DNA of 64,000 nt from Candidatus Eiseniibacteriota bacterium (GTDB taxonomy: Bacteria > Eisenbacteria > RBG-16-71-46 > CAZAMP01), in assembly GCA_965224245.1 (NCBI GenBank), contig OZ245046.1:5568001-5632000 (forward strand). Reading direction: 5' to 3'. Under the pieces are notes generated by a model. That model searched no databases and was not told the origin of the DNA. It worked only from the letters and a program-made list of their open reading frames with translations. The translations under genes were made by a program, and so were the position numbers. This document shows positions 26,984-36,022 of the stretch, piece after piece (position 1 is the stretch's first letter; each line of letters opens with the position of its first letter).

Positions 26984-27913
26984 TCAGAAGATCTCGTTCC
27001 TCCGGGCCAGAAGTGCGCGCGCCTGCGCCTGGGCCACCTGGTTCAGGAGAAGAACCTCCGGCAGCGCATTCGGGTCCGCCTCCAGGAGCATCTTCAGCGT
27101 CGAGTCGAACAGGTTCTCGTCGAAGATCTGACGACAGTAGTACTTGGCGTAGAAGAGGTGCATCAACAGAAACCGGCCGTTCGAGACCGCGAAGCCCCGG
27201 TCGAAAGCGGCCTTCGCCGCCTCGGGATCGCCTCCGAGCATGGGCGGTCGCAGCGCGTGGAGCGTGCCCAGCATCAGGTACGGCAAGCCGTGAAGGAACG
27301 CCGGGTCCAGCTCGGTCAGCCGCTCGATGAGCTGGACCACGCGCGGGACCTGCGCCATCGCGGCCGTGTTGCCGATGTCCAGCTTCACCCAGCTGCCCCA
27401 CGCGCCCGCGAGCCAGGCGAGTCCGGGTACGTCGTCCTCTCCGTAGGACCCGAGCGCGGCGGCGAACGTCACGTCACCTTCACGCCCCAGATGGTCGTCC
27501 GGAGCCAGATCCGGAAACGCCCGGAGGCCGTACGCCATGGCCTTGGCGTGGAGCGCTCGCGCGCGCTCGTCGTCGCGCCCCTCGACGAAGCCGGCGGCGT
27601 AGCTGAAGTACAGCCGGCAGGCGGTCGTGAGCAGCCGATCGTCGTTCGGGCGGTTCGCGACCAGGCCGTCGATCAAGAGGAGGTTTCCGGGGATGCCGGC
27701 CTCGACCAGCTCGACGTCGCCGTTACGGTAGGCGGCGGTGACCGAGTCCTCGATGATGGGCACCATCGTGTTGATCGCGACGCGGCTCGAGAGACCGCAG
27801 CCCAGGGTCGAGACGACGGCGAGAACGAGACAGACGCCGGCGAGACGTGACCCGGCTCGCGCGTCCACCGATCCCGAAGACGTGAGCCCCGGACGCTCGT
27901 CGCGCGTGCGCAT
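26984..27913 (-). CDS. tatT: TatT lipoprotein component of a TPAT transporter
   Basis: Lipobox TLGC, L..GIPGNLLLIDGL, YAAGFVE, PPMLGGDPE.A...F, helical repeats; directly upstream of dctPQM. Confidence 0.85.
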   Translation of the reverse strand: MRTRDERPGLTSSGSVDARAGSRLAGVCLVLAVVSTLGCGLSSRVAINTMVPIIEDSVTAAYRNGDVELVEAGIPGNLLLIDGLVANRPNDDRLLTTACRLYFSYAAGFVEGRDDERARALHAKAMAYGLRAFPDLAPDDHLGREGDVTFAAALGSYGEDDVPGLAWLAGAWGSWVKLDIGNTAAMAQVPRVVQLIERLTELDPAFLHGLPYLMLGTLHALRPPMLGGDPEAAKAAFDRGFAVSNGRFLLMHLFYAKYYCRQIFDENLFDSTLKMLLEADPNALPEVLLLNQVAQAQARALLARRNEIF

Positions 27914-28614
27914 CACTTCAGGATCTCCGCGTGAACGTCGCGCCAGAACGATGCCACCTCCGCGGGGCCGTGGCCCGGATCGGCCCCGGTCCCCGCCGCG
28001 CGCGCAAAGTCCCGCACCATCGGCGCGGCGGGGTGCGTGTGATGGCCGAGGCAGAACGCCGTCATGGCATCGACCGGACGCCAGATCAACAGGCTCTCCT
28101 TCGCGAAGACGTGATGTCGGCAGGCCATCGCCACCAGCATCGCGAGCGCGTCGGGCGCCGGCTCCTCGTCGGCGTCGTCGCGCAGCAACGTGTGGCGAAC
28201 CATCTCGTCGACGTGGGCGACGTAGGCGATGAGGTCGTCGCGCGTGGGGCGGACCAGCGTCTCGCGCACGTCGTCGCCGTGCACGCGCACGCCCTCGTCC
28301 GCCAGGCGCACGACGGTCGGCGCCACCTCGCGGGCCGCCTCGAACGGAGGCGCCAGGTCCGCCTCGCACAGGAGGTCGAGCCGGCACGGGATCCCCGCAT
28401 TCCGGCGCACGGCGGCGATCGCGTGCTCATCGTCCTCGGTGACGTGCTCGCCGGCGACGATCACGGCGAGCTCGATCGGCGCCGACGCATCGTGGCCGCC
28501 GTGGCTGAGCGCGCCCACGACGTAGGCGCTCACGAGGCGCGGGCCGAGCGTGTCCCCGAGGCGTTCGGCGAGCGCCTGGGCCTCGTCCCACGGGCCATGA
28601 TCACTGATGGACAT
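27913..28614 (-). CDS. Pol-beta-superfamily nucleotidyltransferase-like protein with degenerate active site
   Basis: LGPRLVSAYVVGALSHGGHDASAPIELAVIV aligns with the GS..G...SDIDL motif; TGATG coupling to tatT. Confidence 0.6.
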   Translation of the reverse strand: MSISDHGPWDEAQALAERLGDTLGPRLVSAYVVGALSHGGHDASAPIELAVIVAGEHVTEDDEHAIAAVRRNAGIPCRLDLLCEADLAPPFEAAREVAPTVVRLADEGVRVHGDDVRETLVRPTRDDLIAYVAHVDEMVRHTLLRDDADEEPAPDALAMLVAMACRHHVFAKESLLIWRPVDAMTAFCLGHHTHPAAPMVRDFARAAGTGADPGHGPAEVASFWRDVHAEILK

Positions 28615-28651
28615 GGCGGCGAGGGTGCCGCCGTGCCCCGGCAAAGTCAAC

Positions 28652-28729
28652 CGACCACTCGGGGGTCGCGACCACTCCGGGGTCGCGACCACTCGGGGTC
28701 ATGACCACTTTGGGGTCGCGACCACTTTT
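28652..28729. repeat. Tandem 16-18 bp repeats GGGGTCGCGACCACTY with 10-bp palindromic cores
   Basis: Cores GGTCGCGACC at 28664, 28681 and 28714, GGTCATGACC at 28697, plus a partial unit at 28652. Confidence 0.9.
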
Positions 28730-28785
28730 CGCGTCTCGACCCAGCGTCTAAGCTGCCCGATACATCCGACTCCACCCGCCCGCGG

Positions 28786-30849
28786 GTGAGCCGCCGACGC
28801 TGGAAGCGACCGTCGCCTCGGGCGCCGGCCGTCCGGGCTCCATCGAAGGGACGCCGACCGACCGTGATCGAACGTGCAAACGCCGCGGGTCCGTGGGCTC
28901 GCGTGTGGGTCGGATACGGGGTGCCGCTCGTGCTGGCCGTGCTCCTGCGGGTGATCTTCCTCGCCGCCGACTGGGATTCGCCGTACTTCGCGGCACCGCT
29001 CGTGGACGCGAAGGAGTTCCACGACGACGCGGTGGCCGTCGCGTCGGGGGCCGGTATCGGGGATCGCCCGTACGATCGCCCCCCGTCGTTCACGTACGCG
29101 GTCGCGCTCGTCTACCGTCTCGTCGGTCCGGACATGCGTGCGGTGATCGTGCTCCAGCTCGCACTCGGGGTGGGCACCATCGCGATGGTCACGTATCTCG
29201 GACGGCGCCTCTTCGGGCCGGGAATCGGATCGCTGGGCGGAGCGCTCCTCGCGACCACGACGCTACCGATTCTGCTGGAAGGGCAGCTCCTGAACGAGAC
29301 GCTCCAGACGTTCCTCTTGACGGTGACCGCCCTGGCCGTCGTGGTCGGATCGAACGCGGATCGCACCCGCCCCGCGGGCGACGGCGCGAGCCCGCCGGGA
29401 CGTCGCCGTGCGTGGACGTTCGCGACGCTCGCCGCCGTCGCCGGCGCCGCCGCGATCCTGACCCGGCCCACGTCGGTGTTCTTCGTGGCGCCGGTGCTGG
29501 TGTGGCGCGCCCGGCACCTCCGGCGGCATGGAACCTTCGGGTGGATCCATCTCGCGCTGGTCGGCGTCCTCTTCGTCGGCGTCTCGTCCCTCGCCGCCGT
29601 TCGCAACCGGATCGTCTCCGGGGAGTGGGTGCTGGTCTCGTACAACGGCGGCATCAACTTCTTCGTCGGAAACGCCGCCAGACACCACGAGCTGATGGAC
29701 ATCCGACCGGGGCTCCGGTGGGAGCGCCTGATGCAGACCCCACGCGCCCTGGAGACGACGGGCGTGTTCCGGCACGATCCGTTTCGCGATGGGTACGCGG
29801 CCTGGGACCGCGCGTACTATCGTGCCGCGTTCGAGGACGTCGCGTCGGATCCCCCGGCCTGGATCGGGCGTCTCGCGCGAAAGGGCGCTCAGTTCTGGGC
29901 GGCACGCGAGATCGACCGCAACGTGAACCCGTCGGCGTTCATACCCACCGGATCGCTCCTGGATCGCGCGACGGTTCCGTTCGCGGTGCTCGGTCCGCTG
30001 GCGCTCGCGGGACTGATCCTCCTGGTGTGGCGACGTCCCGCCGGGTGGGGGGTCGTGGCGCTGGGGATCGGATCGGTCTGGGTGACGTGCGTGATCTTCT
30101 TCGTGACCTCGCGCTACCGGATGCCCGCGTATCCGATGATGGCGCTGGCCGCCGCGTTCACGATCGCGGAACTGGCGCGGCTTCGCACCGCCGGGTCACG
30201 TCGTGCGGGGCTGTGGGCGCTGGCGGCGCTCGCGGTGGCGGTGATTCTCGGCGTGACCGATCCCGGGCGCGCATCCCGGATCGCGCCGGCCCGGGCGAGC
30301 TACCTCGAAGGGGTCGTGATCGAGCGAACCGGTAACGTTCCGGGAGCGCTCCGACGCTACGAGCGGGCGCTGGTGGAGTACCCGGACGATCCCGACGTGA
30401 TGTTCTCGCCGACGTCGCTCTACCTGCGCCTCGGCCAGGCCGGAAGGGCGGCGGCGCTGGCCGAGCGGCTCGTGCGCGTCTTCCCCGATCATCACTCGCC
30501 GTACTTCAACCTGGGGCTGGCCTACAGCATGCTCGGTCGACCGGACGACGCAGTGGATGCCTTCACGCGGCTGCTCGAGGTGAAGCCGACGCAGACCAAG
30601 GCGCGGTATCAGCTCGGGAAGTCGCTGATCGACGCGGGTCGTCCGGAAGAGGCATTCGCACCCCTTCGGCGGGCGCAGCTCGAGGCGCCGAGCATCGTGC
30701 TCTCGACCGTGGAGATCGCACGCGCGCATGCCCTCCTCGGCGAACGAGACGCCGCGATCGCCGAGCTGCGCCGCGCATTCGCGGCCGATCCGAACGTGCG
30801 CGCCTACGCGGCCGAGTATCCCGAGCTGGTCGCGCTCCGGAACCGGTAG
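28786..30849 (+). CDS. GT-C (family 39/ArnT-PMT-like) glycosyltransferase with C-terminal TPRs
   Basis: P.VDA..F, RPP.FTY, NGGINFFVGN, FFVTSRYRMP; many TM segments, then TPR repeats. Confidence 0.82.
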   Translation: MSRRRWKRPSPRAPAVRAPSKGRRPTVIERANAAGPWARVWVGYGVPLVLAVLLRVIFLAADWDSPYFAAPLVDAKEFHDDAVAVASGAGIGDRPYDRPPSFTYAVALVYRLVGPDMRAVIVLQLALGVGTIAMVTYLGRRLFGPGIGSLGGALLATTTLPILLEGQLLNETLQTFLLTVTALAVVVGSNADRTRPAGDGASPPGRRRAWTFATLAAVAGAAAILTRPTSVFFVAPVLVWRARHLRRHGTFGWIHLALVGVLFVGVSSLAAVRNRIVSGEWVLVSYNGGINFFVGNAARHHELMDIRPGLRWERLMQTPRALETTGVFRHDPFRDGYAAWDRAYYRAAFEDVASDPPAWIGRLARKGAQFWAAREIDRNVNPSAFIPTGSLLDRATVPFAVLGPLALAGLILLVWRRPAGWGVVALGIGSVWVTCVIFFVTSRYRMPAYPMMALAAAFTIAELARLRTAGSRRAGLWALAALAVAVILGVTDPGRASRIAPARASYLEGVVIERTGNVPGALRRYERALVEYPDDPDVMFSPTSLYLRLGQAGRAAALAERLVRVFPDHHSPYFNLGLAYSMLGRPDDAVDAFTRLLEVKPTQTKARYQLGKSLIDAGRPEEAFAPLRRAQLEAPSIVLSTVEIARAHALLGERDAAIAELRRAFAADPNVRAYAAEYPELVALRNR

Positions 30850-30868
30850 CGCGGGGTGACGCCGGCGC

Positions 30869-32263
30869 TCAGGTGCCCGAGACCGTCATCTCCGAGACCC
30901 GATAGGTGGGCGTCTTCATCGTGGAATCGACGATGAGGTCGTTTCCGACCGCATCCACGGCTCCGAACAGCTCGGTGAGCGGAGCCGAGATCGTGACCCG
31001 GGAGACCGGCTTCACCACCTTGCCCCACTCGATCCACAGGCCGCTGGCCGCCGCCGAGAACTCGCGGTTCGACGGATCGAGCCCGATCCACCACCCGGAG
31101 ACCCCGGTGACCCAGAAGCCCTCGCGCGTCTCGGAGAGGATCTCCATCGGCGAGCGGTCGCCGCGATCCATCAGGAGATTGTGCGCCGACATGGCGGGCA
31201 GGCTCTCGTAGCCGCTGCGCGTCGCGTTGCCCGATGGCTCGAGGCCCGTTCGAACGCTCGTGGCCAGATCCACGAGCTGTCCGCGCACGACGCCGGCGTC
31301 GACCAGCACGGTGTCACGGGTGTCGATGCCCTCGCCGTCGAACGGGGCCGATCCCGGTGCGCGCGGGCGGCGACCGTCGTCACGGATCGTCACCAGGGGA
31401 GAGCCGATGCGGGTGCCGTCCGCTCCCGCGAGCCAGGATCGCCCGCGATCGATCGCATCGCCGTCGAGCGCGCTCTGGACGTACGCGACCGGAGTCCAGC
31501 CGGTCCTGGGGGAGAAGACGATGGGCACGCGTCGCGTGCGGACCGGACCCGCGCCGAGGAGCCGGAGGGCGTCGCCGGCCGCTTCCCGACCGAACGAGGC
31601 GGGCGCGGGCACCTCGCCCCAGTTCGTGACCGCGACCGAGCGCGTGCCCGGCTGCTTGTCGGTGTCACGCTCGGCAACGACCTCGATCGACGGTGCGATC
31701 CGGGATCGTCGAAAGTGACGCCGGAGCCCCCGTGTGTTCCCGAGCCAGATCGACCAGCGGCTCTCGGTGAGGGTGCACTGCTCGGTACGCCGCACCAGGG
31801 GATCCATGCCCCGTGCCGCCTGCTCGGCCGTCGTGAGCCAGTCCACACGGGACTCGATCGACCGCGACTCCAGGGACGGATCCATCAGCGACAACGCCTC
31901 GCCCTCGTCCGGCCACTCGCCGTCGTCTCCCGGCCCCGGCTCTCGGCCGGTGGGTGGACTCGACGGCGGCGCGAGCACGAGATCGTCTCGCTTGCCGGCG
32001 GCGCCCGCGATGGCGACCGCGCTCCGGGCGACCGTGACGGCGTCCGAGTCACGAGTGATCGACCCGTGCACGAAGCCGAGACGCCCGCTCTTCATCGCCC
32101 GGACGGCGATGCCGGCGACGTCGGACTCCTGGATGCCGTCCAGCTCCCCGTCGCGCACGCTCAGCTCGAGGTCGGAGCGATGCTGGACGTAGACGTCTCC
32201 GTCGACGCCGGCCTCCTCGAGTGCACCGAGCGCGAGTCGGATGTGATCGCCCGCCTTGCTCAT
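30869..32263 (-). CDS. pmbA: PmbA/TldE, non-catalytic partner of TldD
   Basis: PFDGEG, GNATRSGY, FSAAASGLWIE.G, VGNDL, TPT; no HExxxH motif. Confidence 0.88.
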   Translation of the reverse strand: MSKAGDHIRLALGALEEAGVDGDVYVQHRSDLELSVRDGELDGIQESDVAGIAVRAMKSGRLGFVHGSITRDSDAVTVARSAVAIAGAAGKRDDLVLAPPSSPPTGREPGPGDDGEWPDEGEALSLMDPSLESRSIESRVDWLTTAEQAARGMDPLVRRTEQCTLTESRWSIWLGNTRGLRRHFRRSRIAPSIEVVAERDTDKQPGTRSVAVTNWGEVPAPASFGREAAGDALRLLGAGPVRTRRVPIVFSPRTGWTPVAYVQSALDGDAIDRGRSWLAGADGTRIGSPLVTIRDDGRRPRAPGSAPFDGEGIDTRDTVLVDAGVVRGQLVDLATSVRTGLEPSGNATRSGYESLPAMSAHNLLMDRGDRSPMEILSETREGFWVTGVSGWWIGLDPSNREFSAAASGLWIEWGKVVKPVSRVTISAPLTELFGAVDAVGNDLIVDSTMKTPTYRVSEMTVSGT

Positions 32264-33799
32264 TCAGCTCTTCTCCGCGCCGCCGACCGTCATCGACGAG
32301 ATTCGCAGCGTGGGCGCGCCGCACGTGACCGGCACCCACTGACCCTTGCCGCACGAGCCGACCCACCAGCCCTGATCGGGTCCCACGCGGTCGATCCGGG
32401 AGAGGATCTCGGGTCCGTTGCCGACGAGGTTGGCGCCGCGAACCGGCCGCGTCACCTCGCCGTTCTCGATCAGGTACGCTTCGCGCACGCCGAACGTGAA
32501 GTTGCCGCTGGTGGTGTCGACCTCGCCGCCGCCCAGCGCCGCGGCGAAGAGGCCGCGTCGGACGCTCTCGACCATCTCGCCGACATCGTCGGTTCCGGGA
32601 TCGATGAAGGTGTTCGTCATGCGCACGAGCGGGGGGTACCGGTACGACTCGCGGCGACCGTTCCCGGTGAGCGGGGCGCCAAGCGACTCGGCGGCGATTC
32701 GATCGGTCATGAACTTCCGGAGGATGCCCGCCTCGATCAGCGTGTTCTGGTAGGCGGGCGTGCCCTCGTCGTCCACGTCGAACGATCCGCGGAGATCCGG
32801 GAGCCGGGCGCCGTCCACGATCGTGACCCGCGTGGAGCCGACCTTCTCACCGATCCGGCCGGCGTAGAACGACGTACCTCGCATTGCGTAGTCGCCCTCG
32901 AGACCGTGTCCGACGGCCTCGTGGAACAGCACCCCGCCGCCGGACGCGAGCACCACCGGCATCTCGCCGGCCGGCGCGGGCCCCGCCTCGCACATGCGGA
33001 CGGCCTGACGGGCGGCCTCCCGGGCGGTGTCGTCGACGCCCTCGGACGTCATCTGCTCGGCGCCCTGACGCAGGCTGTAGCGCGCCTGTCCGAGGCCGCG
33101 GCCGGCGTCGGTGCGCGCGTTCACGTTCACGCTCAGATAGACGAGCGGCAGTCGATCCTCGGCCCACACGCCCTCGGAGTTGATCACGGCGAACCGGCGC
33201 TCCTCGTCGCTGTGCGACGCGCTGACCTGCGTCACCGTGGGGCTGTGGGCCCGGGCGGCCAGGTCGGCGCGGGACAGCCACTCGGCTCGCTCCCCGGCGG
33301 TGACGTCGGTCAGGGACCGCTCGATCCGGACCACGTCGGGCGCGTCGACGGGCTCGAACGTGATGGAGCCGAAGTCCGTCGCGGACGCGTGGGCGATGGC
33401 GGCGGCCCGACGCGCGGCGGCCATCAACGCGTCGGCGTCGAACCGGTCGGTCGTGGCGTAGCCGACGCGCTGGCCATGAACGGCCCGAACGCCACAGCCA
33501 CTCAGGATCCCTTGCTCGATCGACTGCACTTGACCGTCGACGAGGGTCAACCGGGTGGAGATACGGCGCTCGAGGTAGATCTCGGTGAAGGTGGCGCCGC
33601 GGTCACCGGCCGCGGCGAGGACGCGCCTCGCGAGCCCGTCGTCGATCGGGAACGGCTCGTCGATGAGACTCCGGGCCTCGGCGGGGCTCAGGAGCGCATC
33701 CAGCCCCGGCACGAGGCGGGCCAGTGCGCCACCGGCGGCCGCGCCGCCCAGAACCTGCACGAAGCGTCTGCGGGGAATCCCGACCGCTCGGTCGTCCAT
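32264..33799 (-). CDS. tldD: TldD metalloprotease with N-terminal twin-arginine-like signal peptide
   Basis: FHEAVGHGLEGD, DDEG, GNGRRESY, RMTNT, CGKGQWVPV; N-terminus PRRRFVQVLGGAAAGGALA. Confidence 0.92.
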   Translation of the reverse strand: MDDRAVGIPRRRFVQVLGGAAAGGALARLVPGLDALLSPAEARSLIDEPFPIDDGLARRVLAAAGDRGATFTEIYLERRISTRLTLVDGQVQSIEQGILSGCGVRAVHGQRVGYATTDRFDADALMAAARRAAAIAHASATDFGSITFEPVDAPDVVRIERSLTDVTAGERAEWLSRADLAARAHSPTVTQVSASHSDEERRFAVINSEGVWAEDRLPLVYLSVNVNARTDAGRGLGQARYSLRQGAEQMTSEGVDDTAREAARQAVRMCEAGPAPAGEMPVVLASGGGVLFHEAVGHGLEGDYAMRGTSFYAGRIGEKVGSTRVTIVDGARLPDLRGSFDVDDEGTPAYQNTLIEAGILRKFMTDRIAAESLGAPLTGNGRRESYRYPPLVRMTNTFIDPGTDDVGEMVESVRRGLFAAALGGGEVDTTSGNFTFGVREAYLIENGEVTRPVRGANLVGNGPEILSRIDRVGPDQGWWVGSCGKGQWVPVTCGAPTLRISSMTVGGAEKS

Positions 33800-34064
33800 G
33801 ACGAGCCTCTCCACGTCGACGATGCCGGAAAGGAGACGCCAGACTAGCAAACCACCACGCGTGCGTCACGAGCTGTCGGACCCGGCGGGCCTGGCGACCG
33901 GGCACCTTTGCCACTTCGCGGTTTCCTCGCGCACGGTGCGGTCTTATTGTCCTGTTCATTCACGATGGCGCGGGCTCCGAGCCGACGGCGCCGGCAGTCA
34001 ACCGAGACGTGGAGGCGGCGTGTCGAGCCAGGACTTCAGTGAGACGACGGCCGAGGAGGCCGGC

Positions 34065-35033
34065 ATGAGCGGCGTCGTGACCCCGACGGGGGGATCGGCG
34101 CGCGGCACCAACGGAGAGCCGAAGAAAGAGAAGGAGAAGGGCAAGCAGAAGGACGAGGCCTCGCGCAGCAAGGCGAAGGGCAGGGTCAAGAAGAAGAAGG
34201 GCGACGCCAAGAAGCCCAAGAAGTCGAAGAAGCGCGAGCGACCCCACTACACGGCCAGGACTGCGGACAAGCACCGTCTCTACGAGCTGTCGGTACAGTG
34301 TCCCGAGGCGGACGTCGAGTTCTTCGATCGGGTCTTCCGGGAGACGTACGGCCGGCTGCCCGATATCCTGCGCGAGGACTTCTGCGGCACGTCGTTGATG
34401 TGCTGCGAGTGGGTCCGGACCCGCCCCACGAACCGCGCGTTCGGGATCGATCTCGACCCGTCCGTGCTGGCCTGGGGACGCGAGCACAACGTGGCCGCGC
34501 TCGGAGACGACGCCTCGCGCGTCGAGCTCATCGAGAACGACGTCCTGACGTTCGAGGGCCGGAAAGCCGACGTGATCGCGTCGTTCAACTTCTCGTACTT
34601 CATCTTCAAGGATCGCCCGACGCTGCTCGCGTACTGCCGCGCCGTACGGGCGGGGCTCCGGGACCAGGGGCTCTTCGTGCTGGACATCATGGGCGGCCCC
34701 GATGCGCAGGTGGTGCAGGAGGAGGAGCGTGAGCTGGATGGCTTCGAGTACGTCTGGGATCAGCACACGTTCAATCCCGTCACGAACGAGGCGCTGAACT
34801 ACATCCACTTCCGGTTCCCCGACGGGAGCCGCCTGAAGAAGGCCTTCACCTACGACTGGCGTCTGTGGGCGGCGCCCGAGCTCCGAGACGTGCTGCTGGA
34901 GGCCGGATTCCGCGAGGTCGACGTGTACTGGGAGGGCACCGACGGCGACGGCGAGGGCAACGGAGTCTTCACGAAGAGCCGTACCGGGGACGACTCCGAG
35001 GCCTGGATCGCGTACGTGGTCGCGACTCCCTGA
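34065..35033 (+). CDS. Class I SAM-dependent methyltransferase with Lys-rich N-terminal extension
   Basis: GGAGG RBS; LYELSVQ, LREDFCGT, GIDLD, FNFSYF, AFTYDWRLW. Confidence 0.85.
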   Translation: MSGVVTPTGGSARGTNGEPKKEKEKGKQKDEASRSKAKGRVKKKKGDAKKPKKSKKRERPHYTARTADKHRLYELSVQCPEADVEFFDRVFRETYGRLPDILREDFCGTSLMCCEWVRTRPTNRAFGIDLDPSVLAWGREHNVAALGDDASRVELIENDVLTFEGRKADVIASFNFSYFIFKDRPTLLAYCRAVRAGLRDQGLFVLDIMGGPDAQVVQEEERELDGFEYVWDQHTFNPVTNEALNYIHFRFPDGSRLKKAFTYDWRLWAAPELRDVLLEAGFREVDVYWEGTDGDGEGNGVFTKSRTGDDSEAWIAYVVATP

Positions 35034-35311
35034 CCCCGCGTGCCGTCCAGGCACGGGTGCCGGCCGGCGGCGGCGACTCGCTCTCGGCGGCACCGCCGTT
35101 CGAATGCCGTCCGGGCTGTACGACGACTCGATCCGGGTGGACGGCGAGCACGACGCCGGGGGCTCGTTCTCCCGGAGGGACCGCCGGAGGTCGCGCACTC
35201 CGGCCACCATGGCCCGAGTAGCCCGGCACGTGACACACTTGTGAGAACTCCGTGACGGCACGCTCGTCGGGACTGCGCTAGACTCCTCTTCACTCCGAAC
35301 GGGAGGGGCGT

Positions 35312-36022
35312 GTGTCCAAACGGGTTCTGATCATCGAAGACGATCAGGAGATCGCCGATCTCGTGGCGATGCACCTGACCGATCTGAGCTTCGAGTGCGA
35401 GCAGACCGGCGACGGTCGCGAGGGTGCCGAGCGCGCGGTGGCCGGCAACTTCAGCCTGGTGATCCTCGACATCATGCTGCCGTCGATGGACGGCTTCGAG
35501 GTGTGCAAGCACATCCGGAAGGAGCGCGAGGATCTCCCCATCCTGATGCTCACCGCGAAGACCGACGAGGTCGAGCGCATCCTCGGGCTCGAGCTGGGCG
35601 CCGACGACTACGTCACGAAGCCCTTCAGCGTGCGCGAGCTGGGCGCCCGCGTGAAGGCGATTCTCCGGCGCACCGAGACCCGGGCCGCCGTGGACGAGCA
35701 CGACGGCGGCGTGATCACGTCGGGTGGCCTCTCCATCGATCTGTCCAAGCGCCGCGTCCGGCAGAACGACCGTGTGATCGAGGTCACGGCCAAGGAGTTC
35801 GATCTCCTCGTGCTCTTCGCGTCGCACCCGGGGCGCGTCTTCAATCGCTCCGAGCTCCTGGACAAGGTGTGGGGCTATCAGTTCGAGGGATACGGACACA
35901 CGGTGAACTCGCACATCAACCGCCTTCGCGCCAAGATCGAGTCCAACCCGGCCGAGCCCACGCTGATCGAGACCGTCTGGGGCGTGGGTTACCGGTTCCA
36001 CGACGAGAGCGACGACCGATGA
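35312..36022 (+). CDS. OmpR/PhoB-family response regulator
   Basis: IIEDD, ILDIMLP, GADDYVTKPF; winged-helix ETVWGVGYRF. Confidence 0.93.
   Translation: MSKRVLIIEDDQEIADLVAMHLTDLSFECEQTGDGREGAERAVAGNFSLVILDIMLPSMDGFEVCKHIRKEREDLPILMLTAKTDEVERILGLELGADDYVTKPFSVRELGARVKAILRRTETRAAVDEHDGGVITSGGLSIDLSKRRVRQNDRVIEVTAKEFDLLVLFASHPGRVFNRSELLDKVWGYQFEGYGHTVNSHINRLRAKIESNPAEPTLIETVWGVGYRFHDESDDR

Noticed and set aside
28652..28729. CRISPR array
   Set aside because: Units are 16-18 bp and abut with no unique spacers; no cas genes in the window.
30869..35033. RiPP biosynthetic cluster around tldD/pmbA and the methyltransferase
   Set aside because: No YcaO, radical SAM, lanthipeptide enzyme or adjacent precursor peptide is visible.
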